Shown here one piece after another: positions 50,078 through 64,000 of a stretch of 64,000 nt of DNA (the first letter of the stretch is position 1; each line of letters opens with the position of its first letter). This DNA comes from Octopus sinensis. Taxonomy: Eukaryota. Position numbers and translations under genes: made by a program. The notes below the pieces were generated by a model. It did not search any database and was not told the origin of the DNA. It saw only the letters and a program-made list of their open reading frames with translations. Where the stretch lies: NCBI RefSeq assembly GCF_006345805.1, contig NC_042999.1, positions 27,156,001 through 27,220,000 on the forward strand, written 5' to 3'.

Positions 50078-52619
50078 TAGTGTACAAATAATTTACGTAT
50101 TTATGAGAGTTTGTGTATGTATGTACATACATGTACATACATACATACATACATACATACATACATACATACATACATACATACACACATACATATATAT
50201 ATATATGATAATATATATGCCTCTCTCTCTGTATCTATCTATCTATCTTTATTAATCAAAATAAGCAACAAGGATATTCAGAAGTAATGCAGTACGATCA
50301 TTTCAAGCTACTCCATTTAATTGAACAATGCAATCGATACATCAATTTAAATGCAGAGCAGTCCTCAGCTGCATAAAGACATAGAATTTAATTAAATCAA
50401 AACAGATGGACACATTAGTATAATTTTACCTACAATCTCCAAGAACGTAAGGAGATAGACAGAGAAGATGTTGTCTTCACTTCAGCATAGAAGCTACTAA
50501 GGTATCAGAAAGAAAGTCTTGTAGCTGATTTTCCTTGTCACTGTTTTATGGGATTTATAGATTAGTTTATCAAATCTTTATATATTTAAGGTCAAAAGAG
50601 CAAGAAGCAAAAGAAGCAATACCTGTAACGAAGTGGGCTGAGAGAGTCGACAGAAGTCATAGTGGGTATAGTCATAAAAAACTATCAGGATTTATTTGAA
50701 GGCATTATCATGAGATTTGGTAAAGGAAATCTTAAATCAAGATGTCAGCTGACAATTAAAGGGGCAAGCCACTAGTAGACAATTGATAAGAAAACGGGGA
50801 AAATCATATCATATGGTACTATAGTTACATATTTTAAACAATATTGTCATATTGTATAAAGTTAAAATTTAGGGTTATTCAGAAAATTATTAAGAATATT
50901 ATAACAAAAGGATAAAACGTTTTTGAACGCTTTGGAGTATATACAAAACTTTTACCACTATAGAAGTAGGAAAAGAAATAGTTTAAGAATTGTTTAATAT
51001 TTATACACATTATATACTTAAATACTAATTTATCAGATGGTATCTATGACAATTGATCAATTGGTATATACTGGTATTTAATAAAGGTGTACTGCGGTAA
51101 AAAAAAAAATATTCTAATTATATATTACTTAAACTATAATCTAAGCAGTTTATTTTAAGTAGCGAATATACCAGTATTGTTTTATATAAGCTAAGTATGA
51201 ATTTCTAGAGGTAGAGAATTAGATTTATCTTATAAATAAATAAATAAATAAATTATAACATAATAAATAATAAATAATCAGGTAGTGCAGAATACCATAG
51301 AAAAGGAATAAAATAGCTTAATCATTTAAAACATGACAAAGTATATATAGCTTATTAACATCAGTAGAGAAGATTTATAGAAAATGTATAATAATTTAAG
51401 TATATTGAACTAGTATACATAAATGTCTTCTACTATAGGCTCAAACCGACTAAAGACAGCCAGACAGTCAGACACACACACAGATAGTTATAGGTATATT
51501 GCTCGAAAATCTCCATAGCGGATGAAAGCAGTAGCTGTACTGAGACCTAATGTTTATTGCCCATTAACATGTGTGCTCTATAGAAACAGACGTTAATGCT
51601 ATTTTAAACTCTACAAGAATGCCTTCTCCAGGTGGCTATTGGATGCAGTCTGTTCCTGATATATGTTAGCAGCCGGGGATTGAACCCCTACACTCTTCCA
51701 GGCACGAGACCACTGGAGAATATGCTTTTGACCTCTTGCAACGAGGTTTCCTCCTAAACAGCCATTTTTATGTGGCAATAACTGTTACTTTTTAGTATAG
51801 TTAGTTTTCATCTCCTATAAAGATTTTCTAACTAGCTAATTTGGTTCTTGTAAGATAGGTGACTGTGTTTCACTTGGTTTCTGTATATTACGGGCTAGAG
51901 TGGTAGGAACTCACTACCCTGCTTGAAATATATGTATTCCACCCTCTTTAATTCCTTCTCACTCGGTCTCTCTTTCTCTCTCTCTACCCTCTTGCGACCT
52001 GCTGCTTAACAAGCCATTTCGTTGGTGACTGCGGCCCGCTCAACATCGTTTCCCCTCTGCCGAAAAGGCAATTTTCCAAACACGCCTGCTAGATAAGTTA
52101 TATTTGTCTCATTTTGTCTAAAGTCGTAAGACACCTGCTGTTATCTGTTATTAACCATTCTTGTTTTTATTTTTGTTTTCGTTTTTTTGTATTTATATTC
52201 GTCCCTGTTGCGTTTACATTCGTTCCTTTTTCCAAGAAATCTAATGCTCACAGCTTAGTTTTTCCTTGGGGCTGGCCGCGTTGGAGCAAATATCCGAATT
52301 AATCAGCCGAAATTTGCTATGATGATCCGGTTTCTGACTGAAGATTAAAGGCTTCGAATGACCCGTCTGTTTTCTGTGTTACTCCCTTTGTGTATTTCAC
52401 GTTCTTGTTTATTTATTTATAAATTTTATTCCTATATATATATCAGGTGCAGATTGCATCGAATAACCAGCTGGAGGAGGCGTACTCCTGGGGTTAAAGA
52501 TAGATGTAACGTCAGACGTTGGTTCCTACTGAACTGCCATGTCTAAAGTGCCAATAAACATTACTTCTTTATGTATATATATATGTATGTATGTATGTAT
52601 GTATACACACACAAACTCA

Positions 52620-52719
<100 letters not shown>

Positions 52720-53004
52720 TATGTATCTGTGTATTGTATGTATGTATAAATAGTCATGGTTTCTGGATTGGATGAGAATTTGGCTTTGCCAGAATGTTAT
52801 TAATTCACGCTTAATTTCACTACATAGTACTCTAATTTCAAATGACATTTAATATATTTTAAATCAAACAAAGTCTTCTAAGAGAAATTGTTTGAAAGAA
52901 GCCCCTTAGAGGATATATTTTCCTGGTTTACACCCCCTCATTTGGCCCATAATTATTAGATTCAACTATGTAACAAACATTTAGCGAGGCCTGTGATCCG
53001 AAGT

Positions 53005-53457
53005 TCTGTTTCTTCAGGTACCAATCACGGAGCACCACCAAAGGATATTCATCCTCAATGCTGCATCTCTCACAAACGCCGACCAGGCCTGGCGATTTGA
53101 GGTTAACGACCGTGTGATCTCCAACCCCTCCTTATTCCAGCGGCGAACGCCGTAGATATGGGGGCCTAGGGTGGGTTCCAGATCAGCCTTGACTGTCATC
53201 AGCCAGGTTTTTCGTTGTCCAGCATATCGCTCTCACCAACCCTGAAGGGGAGCTGGGGCAATTGCTTCGTAGATAAATTCTCCTGGTTGTCGACGGAGGG
53301 CATGACCCAGCCAACGCTGACGTCTCGTTAGGATGACTTGTCGGAGGGAGGTGATTCTGCACTGGCGTCGCACCAAATTGTTGGAGACAAAGTGATGCCA
53401 TCGGACAAGAAGGATGCGGCGTAGACAGAAGTGATCGAAGGATTCACTGACTACCAT
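53005..53457 (-). mobile_element. RTE-clade LINE 3' end
   Basis: FDHFCLRRILLVRWHHFVSN..RRQRWLGHALRR..GQRKTWLMTVKADLE..NRQAWSAFVRD. Confidence 0.85.
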
Positions 53458-53947
53458 ATTGAAATTGCATCCAATATGAGCATAATTTGCGTCTACCCGT
53501 TTATAAAAGAGACTACATTATAGTAACGATCATTTGTAAAATACGTTACATTATGGAACACTTTCTTCTAACTGCTAGCGGTCTTTAGTTGAGCATTTTC
53601 TCTAACAAGCATTGGAAACAGCTTCTAGTCTTCCAGATTTCGGGTTGAAAGATAACCTATTCCTTGTGTTTTACTCTTCAATGCGTATATAGCGTCTTGA
53701 GATAACCGTGGGACAATGGTCACCGGTGCTGTTTCACCTCCTCTGGCTATGCCACAACAAAACCCCTGATTTAATCACAGCTGAGTGGACCGTGTTGAAA
53801 ATGTTCGTTCTCTCTGATAGCATAAAATTAATTACAACATAATTATTATAAACAGTTTATAACTTCATGATATAATTAATGCACAATTCAAAGTCATTAA
53901 CAGATAAATGTAACAGGTTATACGCACTAAGAAACGTAAAAGAAATT

Positions 53948-54004
<57 letters not shown>

Positions 54005-54699
54005 GGGTGTATGTGTGTGTTTGTATTTCTATATATGCCTTGTGCGTGTGTGTGTGTGTGTGTTTATTTCTGTGCATATCCATGTTTATGTGTGGTTGTG
54101 TGTTTCATAGTGCGTGTGATTTTGTCTCATCTATTAGAAAATCCTAATCAATAAACTCAAATAATTACGCATCTGTTCTCACGTAATTCGAAAGTTAATT
54201 ATAATTTCTTTATGCATGCACATGTATGGTTATATATTCATTGACTCGGTTATATATATAATTTAATCAACACGTAATATAAATCAGCTTTGTCTCAGCT
54301 GGTAAGTGTGGGTGTACATTAATGAAGAAAATTTGATAGGTTATCATATATGTGTGTATGCGCGAGTATATGAAAAATGTATGTGTGACTATACGCTCAT
54401 ACATACACAGAAATATATTGTTAATGAAAATAATTTCCTATAAGACACAATGTCAATTTCGCTTTTGTCTGTAGTAGGATTCTGGACTGAATGGATTTTA
54501 GTATTTGACAATTTTTTTTATCATGTGGAAATCGGAATCACAATAGTTAAATATGTTGGGATTTGAAATCATCTAATGATATTGATAACGGCTTCTTCTT
54601 TAGGGTCAAAGCCAGAAACTCCAAAGTAAAAGAATCGATCTCATTGAACCTAGTACTTGGTATTAGAAATCGAAGTATAAAAAGGTGGAAAAGAATAAC

Positions 54700-54875
54700 C
54701 TTCGAAACATAGGTACAAAGCCTGAAATATTAGAGGAAGGGCTAGTCGATCACATCGAGTCCAGGGCTCAGTTGGTACTTATTTTATGGAACCCGAAAGA
54801 ATGAAAGACAAACTTGAACTCGTTTGAATTTTAACGAAGAAAGAAAAGACAGACGAAATGCTGCTAAGCATTTTA
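54700..54875 (-). mobile_element. SINE family A copy
   Basis: GTTGGTACTTATTTTAT..CCCGAAAGAATGAAAG..CAGACGAAATGCTGCTAAGCATTT, reverse complement of the family A body. Confidence 0.75.
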
Positions 54876-55367
54876 GAACAGCGAGACCAAATGAATGATC
54901 GTTTATAATGCTCGTGTCAAAATTGTATTTTAGAAGTTAATAGTGACCGAGATTCGTGATGACAAGGGGAGGAAATAAATGTCCATATTAAACAATGAAA
55001 CAAAATCGAAAATAAACAAAAGAAATATGCCATTTAAGACCATGATATTCAGTTTAATAAGAGAAATGGTTGTCCAGCAAATAATGGACACCTAGTGACA
55101 TTTCCCGTCAGGGAATTTGATCTTTTCGATTTTAATTCTGTACTTACATCTTTTACTGATCAGTGATATGTGTGTGTATTTGTGTATGTGCTTCTATGTG
55201 TTTGCGTGTGTCGGTGTGTCGGTGTGTGCATGTGTTTGTGAGCGCACATGTATTCATACATGCATAAATTAATACATACGTAGCACATGGGGAAGTTTAC
55301 ATATAATACATCCGATAAATGGCTGGCTTCTTCGAATTGCATTTCGGTTAGGAAAGGTTTTTTCGGA

Positions 55368-55856
55368 ATAAAATTATTTAACAATTAAGGATAACTTCTT
55401 AATAAGGAATCTTAACAAGAAATTATCAGGTAGATAGCGTGAAAAACCCCATAAGAGAAAAATTTCGAAAATAATTCTTTCTTATTGAACATATTAATTT
55501 ATATATAGAGGGTACAGGTCGTTTATTTATGATATGTTCAGAATCAGTCTTGCTGATGAGTACGGTCGCAACTGCGGTAAGTACGAAATCACAGGTGATA
55601 CAAGACTAAATTCATTTTTTAAATGTCTTGCTTTGAAAAATTGCATTGGATATGATTAGTAAAATTTTTGGTAGAAATGACTAATGTCCCTCTTAGCGTG
55701 TGGCATGTATGTATAATAAAGCCCTCTATATATAAATTAATATGTTCAATAAGAAAGAATTATTTTCGAAATTTTTCTCTTATGAGGTTTTTCACGCTAT
55801 CTACCTGATAAATTCTTGTTAAGTTTCCTTATTAAGAAGTTATCCTTAATTGTTAA

Positions 55857-55866
<10 letters not shown>
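55368..55866. mobile_element. 499-bp fold-back element: 145-bp inverted arms (3 mismatches) around a 209-bp spacer containing a hammerhead ribozyme
   Basis: 55368-55512 is the reverse complement of 55722-55866; the right arm runs into (TA)n. Confidence 0.85.
55546..55607 (+). ncRNA. type I hammerhead ribozyme
   Basis: AGTCTTG-CTGATGA-GTAC(17 nt)GTAC-GAA-ATCA(CAGG)TGAT-A-CAAGACT: 7-bp helix I, 4-bp helix II, 4-bp helix III, AUA cleavage triplet. Confidence 0.88.
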
Positions 55867-55904
<38 letters not shown>

Positions 55905-56031
55905 AAAAAAAGCGAAGGTAGAAAATGCTAAAATGATTTTATAAAACTCATTTCAGTACCGGTTTCATTTATTGAGACTTTTTCAACTGTAGGTATGGAA
56001 AACAATTAAATTTTCGAAAAATTAAAAGATC

Positions 56032-58029
56032 TAAAAGAATATTTGCATAGTGTTCAAATATAAGGAGCATTTTCTTTGTTTCCGCCTGTCTCTGTCTCTA
56101 TTGTTTTACTCTTTTGGGTTCGAGGTGGTTGTGAATTCTTGGCAGACAAGAAGAAGAAGAAGAAGAAGAAGAAGAAGAAGAAGAAGAAGAGAAGAAGAAG
56201 AAGAAGAATGTCATAATAGTAGTAGGATGTTAAATAGTCAAGTGTCCTGAATATGACCTGTGTACGGTAGTAGTGATTGAATTCTTGAGACATCTCATTT
56301 GAATGTGTATTTTATAATATTTGCGTAGGTGTTATTCTAAACCGCAATAGAAGTAAAGTAAGGAAGTGGGTGGCGGAGAGGAAGAAGTCGAAGAAGAAGA
56401 AGGTAAAAGAGAAGAGAGAATTATAATGAACGATGGAATATAGCCATCAACAACTTCTCTTCCTCGACATCCTCATTAAGAAATCTAACAACGTAATAGA
56501 AACAGATATATTCTATAAGCCCACGGACACCAAGCAAAATCTACCGTTCAACTCATGTCACTCCAGACACACCAGAATGAATATCCCCTTCAACCTAGCA
56601 AGAAGGATATTATTATAGTTTCTAATGCAAGCACCAGAGACAAACGACTGCATGAACTGGATAAACTCATCACCAGGAACCATCCACCTTCACTAATTGA
56701 CATATGCTTTCAAGGTACCCTAGAACTCAACATCCACGAACTTAGACACCCAAGCTTAAAGACGGATTTACAACCAAAAGCCCTACCATACATCTCCACA
56801 CACAGCCCTATACACAATGGAGCCTTCGACACCATCCTCCAAAACGTTCCCCTGCTAAAAATGGGCCACAGAATGAACTTGATCCTCCAAACACACATCA
56901 TCGTAAAAAGCAAGAGACAACCCAAATCTATTAAAAGTTTCCTAACACAAGCCAGAATACGTTCAACAACAACACAGAAGACGTCAGTAAAAGAATTAGG
57001 AAGACTCAACTGTGGAATATGCGTTAATTTAATTGAGTGATCAGACTTTTTCAAACAGGGACAACGTTTCAGATTAAAAATCAGCTTCACATATGCTTCG
57101 GGGAACTTAATATACGCCCTAACATGCTCTGGGTATCAAGAGTAAAACATAGGTAAAAAAGAAAACAGTCTACGTCAAAGGATGGCTCTGCACAGATCCC
57201 AGATCAAAATTCCGAAAAACAGAAAAATAGCATTCAGCCAACTCATCGACATTTGCGCCAATATCAAAAATCCATGCTTTAGAATGTTTCCCCCCCACCC
57301 CTACCAATTCAGGGACGATACAACCTGTAGTCAACGAAATAGTAAAGAGACACACTTTATTACAAATTACAGACACCTTGTGAACGCATCTACCACAAAA
57401 GACATATCTACCACGGCCTCTGAATAACACAAGCACCCAAGTCTCAATTACAGCTATAATCCACAGCGAGTCACTTTTAGTTCACTTGACAATTTAACAT
57501 CTATCGTACCCCCTACATTCCTTTATTCTTCCCTCTTCTCGTTCTCCTTCTTCTTCTTTGTGTTCTTCCTCTACGCCACCTCCTTCCTTACTTTACTACT
57601 CTTACTGTTTAGAATAACACCTACGTAAATATTATAAACAATACATTCAAAAGAGATATCTCAAGAAATCAATCACTACTACCATCCACAACAAGTCACT
57701 TTCAGGTCACTTGACCATTTAACATCCTACTGCTATCATGACACTCCCGTATTCTTCTTCTTCTTCTTCTTCTTCTTCTTCTTCTTCTTCTTCTTCTTCT
57801 TCTTCTTCTTCTTCTTCTTTTTCTTCTTCTCCTTCTTCCTCTTCTTCTTCTTTTTCTCCTCCTCCCCTTCTTCCTCCTCTTCCTCTTCTTCTTCTTATTA
57901 TTATTATTCTACTTCTTTGCCAAGAATTCATAACCTCCTCGAACCCACAAGAATAAACAAGAGAGACAGAGACAGGCAGAAACAAGGAAAATGCCACTTG
58001 TATTTGAACACTATACAAACATTCTTTTA
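56032..58029 (+). mobile_element. 5'-truncated Penelope-like element with inverted pseudo-LTRs
   Basis: 56032-56434 is a diverged inverted copy of 57502-58029 (both contain an AAG/CTT microsatellite), enclosing RT-thumb and GIY-YIG coding remnants. Confidence 0.85.
56433..57427 (+). pseudogene. Penelope RT C-terminus plus GIY-YIG endonuclease remnant
   Basis: LLFLDILI..TDIFYKPTDTKQNLPFNSCH..NIPFNLARR; CGICVNL; NLIYALTCSG..NIG...LRQRMALHRSQI; several frameshifts. Confidence 0.85.
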
Positions 58030-58558
58030 ATTTAGGAGATTTTCTGTTGGAAAGAGCACTCTAGTAGATCCATCCCACATTTGAATTTTACAAATTTGGA
58101 AAATTTACTGGCTTAAATTCTCCAAAAGAAATGGTTGTGTGAATCGTCAGAATAACAAGGTCTCGAATATTCCAGTCAGGGACTTTGGTGATCTGAATTT
58201 TATTGTTTAACCTAATCTAGAATTCAATTGACGTGTATGTGTGTGGAGTTGCTCCAGCTATATCATTCCACGCTATATAATAACGAATTCTCTCTGTGGC
58301 TTTATTTGAATGGATGAACATGTTTTATTCACTTCGAAATGTTTTAAGTTGGGTCACTTAGGGACTTTGAGCGTACCATTTCCACATTTTGTATCTTGCT
58401 CTGTATATTATATATGTGGATATTCCAAACTCTTCTGGTGTTACAAATTAGATTTCGGGCAAGGACGCCAGAATATATGAATCAGATTGTGGAGAGGAGA
58501 TTGGGAATGGACTCTGGGAAGATAAAAATAGCACACTTCAAAACATTGATTCTGAAAT

Positions 58559-61610
<3,052 letters not shown>

Positions 61611-62159
61611 GGAAGCCAGAGAGGAAGGCGAATTTTTTTAACCAGTTCTGATGTTTTAACGTTCCTATACCTTCCACGCTTCCCATTATTCCTCACCAGT
61701 TCTCTTCTGTCATTAAAACTCTTCTGCCAACGAAAAACAGATACTCAGCTCACAAGTTAATCCATAAGCAGTTAAAACATTTCATAAAAAATCTGTAGTG
61801 TTTTTTCACAGTTTAACACAAAGATTTGTCGCATATCGTGCTTCCGAATTCTTTTCTCTACCCAATTGCAAACTGCAGCCTAGTCAGTCGTAGCAAGCAG
61901 TAATTACTAGCATAATCTCAAAGCCCTGTTACAGCAGTCTCCTTCAAGTTGCCTGGTCCGCTTATTAGTATGTATAGTAATGATATAACGATAATCTTGG
62001 TCGGTTATAAATATCTCTTTAAAAAACAAAATCTTCAACCTTCTGGAATGTCATTTGTATAAGAACGGTAATATAGAAATTAACAAATAGCGAAATAAGA
62101 GAATATATGACATAGTGAAAGGAAGGCAGTAAGACAGAGAGGGAGAGAAAAGAATATAA

Positions 62160-62589
<430 letters not shown>

Positions 62590-63398
62590 CTGCAAATATT
62601 GATAATTTGATTCGATGTAATTTGTAAGAGGAAATTGAATTTACATTGTGAAGGTTTGTTCCACATTTTACAAGGATGGCAAATTGTAGAATATATCATA
62701 GAAGATATATATTCATAATCACAGAAAATATATGAAAAGGTAAAATGGTATAAATATATCTTATGTGTATATTTCTGTGTTTCGCCTGCGCATACGTAAG
62801 CGTATTTGTTTGTATAGAACTAACAGCAGGATTAATGTCCTCTACTGAATGTTGACGGAAATTACAAGTTGGAACATCGATAAAACAGAATGCTGTTTAG
62901 TAAAATGCTGAATTTAGTAGCAAGGATGAGAATTTGTTAATTGTTAGAGACGAAGTTATAAAATGAGAAAGTTAACTTATAGGAAAGAAAATCAAATAAA
63001 AGTAAAATTAAATGCAATATAATAGTCTTGTAGGCTTGCGTTATTGTGCGAGAATATAATTAGTGTAAAGGGACATGTATCTCATAGGATTTATCCATTT
63101 GGAAAAGTTGTTAGCCTTCAGAACCATAATAGGTGAAATTGCATGTGTTGACATACAGAAATCAACTGCGAATATTGCCCAAAAGACAATAACGATTGAG
63201 AAGAAAGAGTTTAAAGAATAACATTCAGAAATACAAACTACGCGTGGTTTGTATTTAGAGTTTGTAGAAAACTTGACGTATTCATTCATTCTTATGGGAT
63301 CGTTGATTTACGTACATTGTGCATTAGTTTCAATGTAATCGACTAGCGACCCCCTCCAGCAATCTAAGGTTGTGACTATAGCAGAAAGGGTTCTAATG

Positions 63399-63437
<39 letters not shown>

Positions 63438-63464
63438 TAATAATAATAATAATAATAATAATAA

Positions 63465-64000
<536 letters not shown>

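Noticed and set aside
57719-58018. Poly-Glu and poly-Ser ORFs (also 56050-56293)
   Set aside because: (CTT)n microsatellite inside the Penelope pLTR arms

Overview
AT-rich, microsatellite-saturated eukaryotic non-coding DNA (intron or intergenic). The SINE sequences and the (TA)n/(GATA)n/(AAT)n load resemble octopus (coleoid cephalopod) DNA; this is my inference and cannot be confirmed here. I can support no host protein-coding gene, tRNA, rRNA or CRISPR array, and almost all listed ORFs are microsatellite read-throughs or transposon remnants. The window is a layered transposon deposit: four R4/Dong-clade LINE pieces, one young 5'-truncated Tx1/L1-clade LINE, RTE and CR1/L2-type 3' ends, Penelope-like remnants, four mariner copies, a Tc1/IS630-like fragment, a hAT (Buster/Charlie-like) remnant, a Helitron helicase fragment, two non-autonomous Helitrons and many tRNA-derived SINEs. 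Most notable: (1) two consensus-complete type I hammerhead ribozymes (48974-49079; 55546-55607), one in the spacer of a 145-bp-arm fold-back element; (2) apparent microsatellite targeting, with Tx1 in (ATCT)n and R4/Dong pieces at (AAT)n; (3) a 42-nt 3' end shared between the abundant SINE and the Tx1 LINE; (4) recurrent fold-back palindromes beside (TA)n tracts. All alignments and coordinates were read by eye, so boundaries may be off by some bases.
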